Shown here: piece by piece, positions 31,524 through 40,912 of the stretch
How the letters are laid out: each line of letters opens with the position of its first letter
Numbering within the stretch: the first letter of the stretch is position 1
Made by a program: the position numbers and the translations under genes
Notes under the pieces: generated by a model
What the model was told of the DNA's origin: nothing
Databases searched by the model: none
Seen by the model: only the letters and a program-made list of their open reading frames with translations
Assembly (NCBI GenBank): GCA_030829955.1
Contig: JAURNY010000026.1
Span: forward strand, 516 to 64,515
Direction of reading: 5' to 3'
Source: Gammaproteobacteria bacterium
GTDB taxonomy: Bacteria > Pseudomonadota > Gammaproteobacteria > Eutrophobiales > Eutrophobiaceae
Length of the DNA: 64,000 nt

Positions 31524-31736
31524 TTATCCACAATTTCTGTGGATAACTCTGTGGAATAGATAGTGAAAAATTGCATTGAATGTTTAAAAATAAGCTTTGT
31601 TACAATTTGGTTAATTCTTGACCACGCCAAAAAATATATATTATAAACAATTAGTTACTATAGATTTGTTGCATCTGCGGGGATCTTTTATTGACATGAT
31701 ATATTGCGATGCAATATTTTTTATCTGTGTGTATAA
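31524..31736. promoter_or_regulatory. DnaA-box cluster with DARS-like geometry
   Basis: TTATCCACA (31524-32), 5 bp, TGTGGATAA (31538-46), 3 bp, TGTGGAATA (31550-58); IHF-like AAACAA-TTAG-TTA (31645-57); distal TGTGTATAA (31728-36). Confidence 0.7.
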
Positions 31737-31920
31737 AATTAAAATAATTAATTGACAAGTGCGATTAAAATTTGATTAGTAAATGAAATTTTTTATTAAT
31801 ATGATTATTCAATCTTTACATGAATTTATTTTACAATGTCCTAATAAATTGACTGATTCTGCAACAAAATTCGTTTAAATTGATCACTAGAAATTTAACT
31901 AATATCTATTAGGGACCAAA

Positions 31921-32097
31921 ATGAAAATACCTGTGTTAATCCTAAATTCAATGTTTTTGTTGCTGTTTATTAGTGTAGTGATTGGGGAATGGGGGAATGG
32001 CTCTGCCATTGTCGCTGGAATAGCTATCGTTAATCTATTAATCAATTCAATATATATCCAATTCAAAATCAAGAATGATTTTGCTCAGGAGAGCTAA
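31921..32097 (+). CDS. Small two-TM membrane protein (58 aa, below ORF-track cutoff)
   Basis: MKIPVLILNSMFLLLFISVVIGEWGNGSAIVAGIAIVNLLINSIYIQFKIKNDFAQES*; AGGGA upstream. Confidence 0.45.
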   Translation: MKIPVLILNSMFLLLFISVVIGEWGNGSAIVAGIAIVNLLINSIYIQFKIKNDFAQES

Positions 32098-32514
32098 TTT
32101 ACATTAATAGTAACACTTACCAATTATTGGTTTGTTTCGTTTAATTATATTTTTTGTGGTAACAGGTCCCATATTTCGCCTTTGACACCGCCATGAAGTC
32201 TTGATGTCTTGTGTATATGGCGATGTAATATCGATTGTTCTGCATTAATATCTTAGTTTTATCCTATGTTAAACTGGTCACATTGAGTCTCAGCTATCAG
32301 ATAATGTTTTGTTTTTCGGGTAATCTTTTGCAGGCAAGCATTTCTTCATCTGTTAAATCAAAAATGAAGGTTCATGTCGTATCGAGATTATCAGGGTTCA
32401 GGTATGGCCTGAGGTCAAGGGGGTGGCTTCGAGACTAGCAATAGAGAGATGATTTTAATCAAGAACATTCAAACTGTCTTATTCACAAAATATGCAGCCT
32501 TTTCTTGCATAATG

Positions 32515-32901
32515 TTATTGACTACCTGAAGTTTTAAATTGAATTGCTATACCATAAATAAGAGCCGGGACTACGAACAAATATTGTATGAGCAGGAAGC
32601 TAATGATTAATACGACCCCGCCTGCTTTATGAAAAAAAATGCTATTAATTAAATTAAACGTAAACATTAATACAGTCATCGTAATATAGAATTTTTCCTG
32701 TTTAATCAGAAAGTGAGCTAACAAGCTTGTTAGCACAGATAAACCAAGAAGTATTGCCAGGTAATACATGCCATTTATCACGCTGGATGGTAAGTCAGGA
32801 TTGCTATGCATGATTTTATTTGCAGCTAATATTGATGATATTAAAGGGGTGAAAACTGCTAATAAATTAAGCAGGATATAAATGTTTTGACGATTATGCA
32901 T
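32515..32901 (-). CDS. Hypothetical 4-TM membrane protein
   Basis: 128-aa ORF with four hydrophobic segments. Confidence 0.55.
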   Translation of the reverse strand: MHNRQNIYILLNLLAVFTPLISSILAANKIMHSNPDLPSSVINGMYYLAILLGLSVLTSLLAHFLIKQEKFYITMTVLMFTFNLINSIFFHKAGGVVLIISFLLIQYLFVVPALIYGIAIQFKTSGSQ

Positions 32902-33270
32902 AAAGTGCCTTATTTAAAAAAATCTTCGTTCATTCTGGAATCAGGGACCAATAATGACAAGCAATATTAAATGAAAGGTTATGTAGCTACAGAGCATGAC
33001 CACTAGCTATAATAGACGTTATATCTTAATAATTTACATCTAAATTTTATATTTATGTGTAAATCATAAAATAAAAATATATAAACACAAGGCTGTTATA
33101 TTCGATATAAATTTGAAAAAATCGATATTTATCGGCAAATATGCATAAATTAAAAATTTAATCGTAGTGCCTCAAAAAAAATATAGCTATAATCGCTTTT
33201 TCAAAATCAATGAGTCACTGCGTAGCAGTGTTTTTTAGTACTAGTAACTAACAAGAGGTATAATCTATCC

Positions 33271-33609
33271 ATGTCTTCACCAAAAAGAACCGCAGTAAAA
33301 GAACGCCAAACTAAAGCTCAGATTGTAAGCGCCATCTCTGAAGAAACAGGTTTAACCAATAAGCAGGTCAAAGCTGTATTATCAGCTCTTGCTGGTCAGG
33401 CGGAACGCCATTTGAAAGCGCGAGCTGTTGGTGAGTTCGTTGTTCCAGAATTGGGAATCAAAATGAAAACCGTGAAGAAGAAAGCCACCAAAGCTCGTCC
33501 AGGTAGAAATCCATTTACAGGCGAAGAAATCATGATTAAGGCAAAACCAGCTTCTACATCAGTTCGTGCAGTAGCATTAAAAGCTGCAAAAGATTTTGCT
33601 TCGGCATAG
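33271..33609 (+). CDS. HU family DNA-binding protein (divergent subgroup)
   Basis: TKAQIVSAISEETGL...ARPGRNPFTGEEIMIKAKPAS. Confidence 0.9.
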   Translation: MSSPKRTAVKERQTKAQIVSAISEETGLTNKQVKAVLSALAGQAERHLKARAVGEFVVPELGIKMKTVKKKATKARPGRNPFTGEEIMIKAKPASTSVRAVALKAAKDFASA

Positions 33610-33625
33610 TTAACTATAGCCTATT

Positions 33626-33656
33626 AAAAAAGGGCGCTTTAGGCGCCTCTTTTTTT
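33626..33656 (+). terminator. Intrinsic terminator after HU gene
   Basis: GGCGC-TTTAG-GCGCC stem followed by a T-run, A-run upstream. Confidence 0.8.
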
Positions 33657-33698
33657 ATGTGCTCCTCAACAATGTGATAGTTAATCATTTAAACCAAT

Positions 33699-34238
33699 AT
33701 GTCAGACAGTCATTATTCTGCCAGCCATGACTGGAAGCGAATAGTAAATGAATATTTGTTAGTACTATTATCTATTTTAATATTAATACTGGGTTCATGA
33801 TGGTAAATATGGAAAAAGAGCGTTCAGTTATCAGAAGGTTTATCTAAATCTTTTTCCAATATTTTTGAGCAATCATACTATGGTAAACATCATTATATTG
33901 AGTCTCAGTACAGTGAATTCTTAAGAACCCTGGATCTTGTCGCAAGCAATAGTGCCAGTTTGTATATATTTGCAACCGTGCTTGAAGCCATGCCTATGCC
34001 TGATGAAGTTATTTATTTGGCAATAAAACAGGCTGACCATGATACCGAGTTCATCAAAAAGTTTGACTGGTCTGGGCAGAGCACCATGATTTTTGGAAAA
34101 TATGGTTCATCAACATTACGTCATGCAGGTGATAAGGTAGAAATCACGATATATAAACACTCAGGGCCCTGGCAGTATATGGACGCATTTGTTGTGTATT
34201 TAATACATGCATCGGTCATAGTAATCTCGGATAATTAA
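33699..34238 (+). pseudogene. Interrupted membrane-protein/sensor-like gene
   Basis: ATG 33699 is in frame with ORF 33960..34238; reads MSDSHY...LLVLLSILILILGS*W*IWKK... with in-frame TGA and TAA just after the first TM. Confidence 0.55.
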
Positions 34239-34365
34239 TTTTTTAGTGCAGAAATTAACGTTTAACTATGTTATGCCGGGCTAAGTATCTGTTATGATCC
34301 ATGAAAAGAAGACCAGACTTGCTCCTGCTAGATAATGATAACTAATCCAAAATAATTAACCATAC

Positions 34366-34770
34366 ATGACCGCATCGACAAACTGGGCTGTGTTAACAGA
34401 TGGGCGTTATATACGCATATTTGTTCATCAAAACCCAGTACACTCACTACACACCCTAAAAGCCGATGATTCTAAAGATCTAGCCGATCTCTGTTATCAA
34501 GTGGTTACAGGTGTTCCTGTAGGTTCAAAAAATGGCACCCGGTCACGTAATAAATCTAATATGGAATTGCTAGCTAAATTTTTACATAAGCAATATTACG
34601 ATGCACAGTACCAAAAATTAATTCTGGTTGCTCCTCAAGTTACACTCATGGAATTAAAGGGGTGTTTATCTAAAGAAATTAAGCAGCATATCAAGAGTGA
34701 GGTAGCCGAAGATCTTCTAGCCAGTTCACTCGATGATATTGAAAATAAATTATCAAATTGCCTTAATTAA
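34366..34770 (+). CDS. Host-attachment (AtsE/baeRF12-like) family protein
   Basis: TNWAVLTDGRYIRIF, LILVAPQVTL.EL...L, EVAEDL pattern. Confidence 0.7.
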   Translation: MTASTNWAVLTDGRYIRIFVHQNPVHSLHTLKADDSKDLADLCYQVVTGVPVGSKNGTRSRNKSNMELLAKFLHKQYYDAQYQKLILVAPQVTLMELKGCLSKEIKQHIKSEVAEDLLASSLDDIENKLSNCLN

Positions 34771-34779
34771 TTTCAGTTT

Positions 34780-35742
34780 ATGTCAAACGCACTCGACCCA
34801 GAAAAAGCAAAGCCAACTGAAGAGTTTGAAAATGGCACTGAGCGTTATGTAGGTGACAAGCTCTGTGTTTTCTACGATGGTTATTGGATTAGAAGTTATC
34901 ATCTGAACGACGGTAGTTTTGCCGATAAAAAAATCATGATTGATAAATTAACCCGACGGGTTTTTCATCATCTTGAGTTGGGAATCAATACGCCCAGCAA
35001 TCGCCTAGATGAAATTAGAAGTATTTATGAGTCTGAACAGGAATCGGCAAGAAAAAGAGTTAAAGGAGCGATGTTAGCCGGCGCCTTGTTGAACAGAGGG
35101 CGTGAGATCTTAAAAGCCATTGTTGAATTAGAAGACTCAGGCGTAAAAATTGAAAGTAGTAATGAGTTATTGCGAGAGTGTGGTCGATGTTTTATGGAAG
35201 CGTTATCACTTGGTAAAAACATCAAACTGAATGATGGTGGTGAAGGAGTAGATGAACTTTGGGGCGAACCTTTCAAGGTTTTTTCGATGCCTATCGAAGA
35301 TTATTTTCATACTCGCTATGTGAAAGTTGCCAAAACCATGTTTGAAATTGATCGTATCACTGATGCGTTAGGTCAGATATTGCAGGCAGCTGATTTATTA
35401 AAACCCATGCAAGCGTGTTTAGCTGAATTATCTGAATCATCAAAGTTGGCATGTGAAACCATTCGTAATGATCCGGCAATGTTTGATATCTGGCCACGTT
35501 ATATTGCTGCTAAAGAGGCTTACCAAAACGATTTGCACGATATTGTTAAAAGTCATACCAATAAAGAAATGAATCACAACTCTGATGCTTATCGTGAACT
35601 ACTGGCGGTAAACCGGATTTTAATGGATGGTGGCGCTATTCTTATGAAATTGGCAACGCTTCGTGTACCATTACCAAAAAGTACAAAGAGTATATGTGAG
35701 CGTATAGATGAATTTCTAGCAGAAGGGGGGGGTAACAGCTAA
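34780..35742 (+). CDS. Conserved-looking hypothetical protein
   Basis: 320-aa ORF; FYDGYWIR, LTRRVFHH..GINTP, KGAMLAGALLNR, DELWGEPF. Confidence 0.75.
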   Translation: MSNALDPEKAKPTEEFENGTERYVGDKLCVFYDGYWIRSYHLNDGSFADKKIMIDKLTRRVFHHLELGINTPSNRLDEIRSIYESEQESARKRVKGAMLAGALLNRGREILKAIVELEDSGVKIESSNELLRECGRCFMEALSLGKNIKLNDGGEGVDELWGEPFKVFSMPIEDYFHTRYVKVAKTMFEIDRITDALGQILQAADLLKPMQACLAELSESSKLACETIRNDPAMFDIWPRYIAAKEAYQNDLHDIVKSHTNKEMNHNSDAYRELLAVNRILMDGGAILMKLATLRVPLPKSTKSICERIDEFLAEGGGNS

Positions 35743-36007
35743 CCCCTTTATTCTTAATAAGAATTCATAATTACGAACAGATTTTTTTTGCAATAAATAA
35801 AGATAATATGCTTGATAGCCCTTAATCGAAGTCTTCTCTAAATATTATAAATGCAGCTGTTTTAGTGTAATTATTAAAAAAATACACTACAATTTTATTT
35901 GCTACACTCTAAAACTGGTTTTTTTTGCAGAAGTACCCTTGGTAACACCTGTTAATTACCTGCGTTAGATTTGTAACACCTGATTTAATTTTTAAGAGGT
36001 AATTAAT

Positions 36008-36208
36008 ATGGCAACAGGAACCGTAAAATGGTTTAACGAATCCAAAGGTTTTGGATTTATCACACCTTCTGATAGTGGTAACGATGTATTTGTACATTAC
36101 TCGGCAATTCAGGGCGATGGTTTTCGCACCTTAGCTGAAGGTCAGCAGGTTACTTTTGATATTGAAAATGGCGCTAAAGGCCCACAAGCTGCTAACGTAC
36201 AAATTTAA
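36008..36208 (+). CDS. csp: Cold-shock protein
   Basis: [31 protein letters not shown]. Confidence 0.97.
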   Translation: MATGTVKWFNESKGFGFITPSDSGNDVFVHYSAIQGDGFRTLAEGQQVTFDIENGAKGPQAANVQI

Positions 36209-36222
36209 TCTCAAATTTGTTT

Positions 36223-36258
36223 ATATAAAAAACCCCGAGTAATCGGGGTTTTTTATAT
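36223..36258. terminator. Intrinsic terminator after csp
   Basis: ATATAAAAAACCCCGA-GTAA-TCGGGGTTTTTTATAT. Confidence 0.9.
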
Positions 36259-36345
36259 CCAACGTAACAGCAAACCTATTTTTAAAATTGCTAATACTCA
36301 TCAGAGTATTGGTAACTGACACTTCATTATTTGGTAAATACTCTA

Positions 36346-36861
36346 ATGAAAACCAGCTTATTAAGTGCATTAATTTTACTATTTGGCCTTTCTTCATGTA
36401 GTTCGATGCCTGATGATATCGAACCAGTAAATGGATTTGAAATAGAGCGTTATCTAGGGAAATGGTTCGAGATAGCCCGATTGGACCATGGTTTTGAGCG
36501 AGGATTGACTCAGGTAACAGCAGTATATTCATGGCGTGATGATGGTGGAATTAAAGTTATTAACCGAGGATATAACGAAGAAAAAAAAGTTTGGAATGAA
36601 GCAATAGGGCGAGCTTATTTTGTGCAAACTCCTAACATAGGACAACTTAAGGTGTCATTCTTTGGTCCTTTCTATGGCGGCTATAACATTATTGAACTGG
36701 ACAAAGAACATTATCAATATGCCTTGATATCTGGTCCAAGTAAGAATTATTTATGGATATTGGCTCGTTCACCTCAAATCGAACAAGGCATAGTAAAAAA
36801 GTTGGTTGGACATGCGAAAGAATTAGGGTTTCCAACTGAAGATTTAATTTTTCTATATTAA
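36346..36861 (+). CDS. blc: Outer-membrane lipocalin Blc (likely start 36346)
   Basis: Lipobox LSSC, YLGKWFEIARLDH.FERGL, LKVSFFGPFYG.Y, YLWILAR. Confidence 0.92.
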   Translation: MKTSLLSALILLFGLSSCSSMPDDIEPVNGFEIERYLGKWFEIARLDHGFERGLTQVTAVYSWRDDGGIKVINRGYNEEKKVWNEAIGRAYFVQTPNIGQLKVSFFGPFYGGYNIIELDKEHYQYALISGPSKNYLWILARSPQIEQGIVKKLVGHAKELGFPTEDLIFLY

Positions 36862-37296
36862 TAAATCGAGTTATATCACCTTCCTTTGTGACTAATCAAA
36901 ATGATTAGTACCAGATTCAATATGATATTTGCGGTTTTATACAACTGAAATATCCTGACCAGATGAGTCTTAAAATTGTTTATGTCTTGCTTCTTCAGGG
37001 ACGCGAATAAGTCTCCGATTGTAACCCTCTCCATTGTTCTCTATGAGTGTGTTAATTCGCTAATAGACTGCTCATGCTAAAAGAACCATTAGAAAATGGT
37101 CCTTGTTGAATTTAGGTTCAATATAATTGTGCTTTAAGAAATAGATTTGTCTATGTTTAGCGTAGCGTTATAATCGATTTTAGACATTAAATCTTGATTA
37201 TTGTTACAGATTTTGTGACGTTACAATTAGATTAAAAATTAACTGTAATTCCTCATCCAAACTTAGTAACTTTTAGGAGTAATTAAACAAATTGTC

Positions 37297-37590
37297 ATGG
37301 ACAAACTGCATCATATTGCTATTCAAGTATCGGATATAAAACAGGCCGTTGACTGGTATTGTGGCAAATTTAACGTCACGGTTACTTATCAGGATGAAAG
37401 CTGGGCAATGTTGCAATTTGAAAATATTGAACTAGCAATCGTTATCCCCGGACAACATCCGCCACATATTGCGATTGAAGATAAGAATGCTGAAAAATAC
37501 GGTGAATTAACGCCTCATCGTGATGGCACTGCTTCAATTTATATTAACGATCCGTTTGGAAATTCTATCGAAATACTGAAAAACAAGTAA
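37297..37590 (+). CDS. VOC/glyoxalase family protein
   Basis: [25 protein letters not shown]. Confidence 0.85.
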   Translation: MDKLHHIAIQVSDIKQAVDWYCGKFNVTVTYQDESWAMLQFENIELAIVIPGQHPPHIAIEDKNAEKYGELTPHRDGTASIYINDPFGNSIEILKNK

Positions 37591-37594
37591 AGTC

Positions 37595-37729
37595 ATGCAT
37601 AGAAAATCTTTTTTGCCAGAAAAAGAATGTTTGAGTTGTCAGCGGTCTTTCACGTGGCGTAAGAAATGGTCACGCGATTGGGAGAATGTTAAATTTTGTT
37701 CTAAACGTTGTCGAAATAATAAATCTTAA
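37595..37729 (+). CDS. DUF2256 family small zinc-finger protein (44 aa, not in ORF track)
   Basis: [44 protein letters not shown]. Confidence 0.9.
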   Translation: MHRKSFLPEKECLSCQRSFTWRKKWSRDWENVKFCSKRCRNNKS

Positions 37730-37742
37730 AACACTCTTTTAA

Positions 37743-39263
37743 ATGCCTGCCTTAAGATTAATTCTTGGTGATCAATTAAGTCCTGATATTAATAGTCTGC
37801 AAGGCTATGAAACAGGTGACGTTATCTTCATGGCTGAGGTTCATGAAGAGGCAACCTATGTTAAACACCATATAAAGAAAATTATCTTTTTATTTTCAGC
37901 CATGCGTCATTTCGCAGAAGAACTTGAGCAATCGGGGAAACAGGTTAAATACATCAAATATAACAATCCTCATAACAGCGGCACATTAATAGGCGAGGTG
38001 AAGCGGCACATAAATAGCAACAAAATAGATCGTATTGTCATTACTGAGCCAGGTGAATATCGGTTGTTAGAAGATATGCAAAATTGGAAATCAGAATTTG
38101 ACGTTCCAATTGAATTGCTTCCAGATAACCGCTTTATAGCAGATAAAGAAACATTCAGATCATGGGCAGTTGGTCGAAAAGAACTCATAATGGAATACTG
38201 GTATCGCGAGATGCGTAAAAAAACCGGTTTATTGATGAAAGACAACAAACCTATTGGTGGTAAATGGAATTTTGATAAGGAAAATCGCAAACCGCTTGTA
38301 GATAAATTTGAGCAGGCCGGGCCGATGCAATATAAAACAGATGAAATTACCAATGAGGTAATTGAGCTGGTAGAAAGACATTTCCAGGATCACTTTGGAA
38401 AGTCGACACCATTCTGGTTTGCAGTGACACGTGAACAGGCCAAACGTGCCTTTACCCATTTTGTAAAAACCTGCTTGGTAAACTTTGGTGATTACCAAGA
38501 TGCGATGCTGAACAATGAAGCCTTTATCTATCATAGTGTGGTATCACAATATATTAATTGTGGTCTACTTGACCCGATAGAAATATGTCAACAGGTTGAA
38601 CAAGCCTACTACAATGGTGACGCACCATTAAATGCAGTTGAAGGGTTTATTCGTCAGATAATTGGTTGGCGTGAATTTATACGCGGTGTTTATTGGCTGG
38701 AAATGCCTGACTATGCTAAAAGGAATGCATTAAATGCAGAACGTCCGTTACCTTCATTTTACTGGACGGCAAATACCGACATGCATTGTCTTTCACAAGT
38801 CATCGGTTTTACCAAAGAACATGCCTGTTCTCATCATATTCAGCGCCTAATGGTCACAGGTAACTTTGCCAATCTTGCCGGATTGAATGTAGAAGAAGTT
38901 TGTGAATGGTATCTGGCAGTCTATGCAGATGCATACGAGTGGGTGGAATTACCAAATACATTAGGTATGGCCTTGTATGCGGATGGTGGAATTGTTGCTA
39001 CAAAACCATATGTTTCCAGCGGAGCTTATATCAATCGCATGTCCGATTTTTGTAAGCATTGTAAATACGACGTCAAAAAACGTATCGGTGAAGATGCTTG
39101 TCCATTTACAACCCTGTATTGGGATTATTTATTAAGGCATGAGAAGAGATTCAGTAACAATCGTCGTATGGCAATGCCATATCGAAATTTACAGCGTTTT
39201 GGGGATGATGAAAAAGATGCAATCAGACAACAGGCAAAAGATTTTCTGGATGGTTTATCCTGA
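37743..39263 (+). CDS. Cryptochrome/photolyase, Fe-S bacterial (CryPro/PhrB-like) class
   Basis: LRLILGDQL, GGKWNFDKENR, FGDYQDAM, HHIQRLMV, INRMSDFCKHC, ACPF. Confidence 0.92.
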   Translation: MPALRLILGDQLSPDINSLQGYETGDVIFMAEVHEEATYVKHHIKKIIFLFSAMRHFAEELEQSGKQVKYIKYNNPHNSGTLIGEVKRHINSNKIDRIVITEPGEYRLLEDMQNWKSEFDVPIELLPDNRFIADKETFRSWAVGRKELIMEYWYREMRKKTGLLMKDNKPIGGKWNFDKENRKPLVDKFEQAGPMQYKTDEITNEVIELVERHFQDHFGKSTPFWFAVTREQAKRAFTHFVKTCLVNFGDYQDAMLNNEAFIYHSVVSQYINCGLLDPIEICQQVEQAYYNGDAPLNAVEGFIRQIIGWREFIRGVYWLEMPDYAKRNALNAERPLPSFYWTANTDMHCLSQVIGFTKEHACSHHIQRLMVTGNFANLAGLNVEEVCEWYLAVYADAYEWVELPNTLGMALYADGGIVATKPYVSSGAYINRMSDFCKHCKYDVKKRIGEDACPFTTLYWDYLLRHEKRFSNNRRMAMPYRNLQRFGDDEKDAIRQQAKDFLDGLS

Positions 39264-40019
39264 TTAAGGTTGAATCTCTTGACCATCCCAGGCAAAAACC
39301 TTACCTGTATGCTCCAAACTCAAGTTTGATATAACATTAAGTAAATTATTAGCGGCTTCATCAGCTGTTTTTAGATGTTGTTTTTTTACATTCCCCTGAA
39401 ACGGTTTTGATAGCCTTGTATCAACTGTGCCAGGGTGTAATCCAACAACAATGGTGTTAGGTCTGCGCCGCTTCAATTCTATGGATAATGTTTTTGTAGC
39501 CATATTTTGCGCTGCCTTGCTCATGCGATAGCTATACCAGCCTCCTAGCCGATTATCTGAAATACTGCCGACCCGAGCAGAAATATTGGCAAATATATTT
39601 AATTGATCATGTCTGAATAAGGGCAGGGAAAATTTTGCAATCATGACAGGTGCAATTGAATTAATCATAAAATTGCGTTGCAGCTTCTTGTATTCAAGGT
39701 CTTCAATACGCTTTTCGGGTTGTAGCGTCTCATCGTATAATAAACCACTGCAGTTAATAATAAGATCAAGCCAGCTTGTTTTGGTTTTTATTGATTCAAA
39801 TAATACTGAGATGTCAGTTTCGTTTGTTAAATCGAGCTCAAATAATTCAGCTTTATTTTCAGAAATTGATTTTAAATGTTCGCCAGGGTCGGAATGGATA
39901 GATCTAGTCGTTAAGAATAATATATGATTTTGTTCGATTAACTTTTTGCTAATAGCCAGACCAATTCCACCACTTGCTGCTATTACCAGAATGCGTTTTT
40001 TCTCTTCATTAAAGAACAT
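39264..40019 (-). CDS. SDR oxidoreductase (CsgA/C-factor-like)
   Basis: AASGGIG, SARVGSISDNRLGGWYSYRMSKAA, LHPGTVDT. Confidence 0.9.
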   Translation of the reverse strand: MFFNEEKKRILVIAASGGIGLAISKKLIEQNHILFLTTRSIHSDPGEHLKSISENKAELFELDLTNETDISVLFESIKTKTSWLDLIINCSGLLYDETLQPEKRIEDLEYKKLQRNFMINSIAPVMIAKFSLPLFRHDQLNIFANISARVGSISDNRLGGWYSYRMSKAAQNMATKTLSIELKRRRPNTIVVGLHPGTVDTRLSKPFQGNVKKQHLKTADEAANNLLNVISNLSLEHTGKVFAWDGQEIQP

Positions 40020-40078
40020 TAACTTAGCATACTATTATATTTTTACTTTTTATATAACATAAGTATTTATTATAAGCT

Positions 40079-40096
40079 TTGTCACATCTTTGTCAT
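40079..40096 (+). promoter_or_regulatory. Putative Pho box
   Basis: TTGTCAC-ATCT-TTGTCAT, two GTCAY half-sites with 11-bp period. Confidence 0.55.
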
Positions 40097-40293
40097 AGCT
40101 TTTATCGATATTAGCAATTAATTTCTGTTGTATGAATTAGGAATGTCATATAGATAATTAATTTTTTAATAATTAACTATATTTTAAAATGGAGATATAA
40201 AGCATATGGCAGTGCCTTGTCGCTTATGAATAACAATATATTTGATTTGTATTTATCACTCGTTACACTGAGACCTGTTTTTTTATACTGAAT

Positions 40294-40905
40294 ATGAAAT
40301 TGATGAAACTACTAAGCACGTTATTAGTCACCCTATTGTTAAGTGCATGTGGCGATTCTAGCTCACAATTAAGACCACTCAAGTCAGATGCGACTATACT
40401 TGCCTTTGGCGATAGCCTGACTGAAGGTTATAGCGTTAACAAAGACGACAGTTATCCTGCGCAATTAGCCAAATTAACTAATCGAAATATTATTAATGCA
40501 GGTATCTCAGGAGAAGTATCAGAAATAGGATTAAGTCGACTGCCTGGTTTGTTGGCTAAACATGAACCTGAACTAGTTATTATCTGTCATGGCGGAAATG
40601 ATATTTTACGAAAACAAAGTATGGCTGAGATGCAATCCAATCTGACAAAAATGATTACTTTGGCAAAAAATGCAGGTGCTGATGTTATCTTGATGGCAGT
40701 GCCAAATTTTGGTTTGTTTCTATCTTCCCATGAAACTTATATAAAGATTGCTGATGAAACGGGTGTTGTATTTATGGAAGATTTAATTCCGGATATACTC
40801 AGTGATAAATCACTAAAATCAGATACAGTTCATCCAAACAAACTGGGATACCAGTTGATGGCAGATACGATTTATGATGTTCTAAAATCCAAAGGCGCAC
40901 TCTGA
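40294..40905 (+). CDS. GDSL/SGNH arylesterase lipoprotein (TesA-like)
   Basis: Lipobox LSAC, FGDSLT, NAGISG, GGND, DTVHPN. Confidence 0.9.
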   Translation: MKLMKLLSTLLVTLLLSACGDSSSQLRPLKSDATILAFGDSLTEGYSVNKDDSYPAQLAKLTNRNIINAGISGEVSEIGLSRLPGLLAKHEPELVIICHGGNDILRKQSMAEMQSNLTKMITLAKNAGADVILMAVPNFGLFLSSHETYIKIADETGVVFMEDLIPDILSDKSLKSDTVHPNKLGYQLMADTIYDVLKSKGAL

Positions 40906-40912
40906 ATGTATT

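Noticed and set aside
31880-31893. FNR site upstream of the small ORF at 31921
   Set aside because: TTGAT-CACT-AGAAA has only one good half-site in very AT-rich DNA
31342-31920. oriC
   Set aside because: No dnaA, dnaN, gidA or rpmH nearby, only about four boxes and no evident GATC clustering; geometry fits DARS better. GC skew not computed
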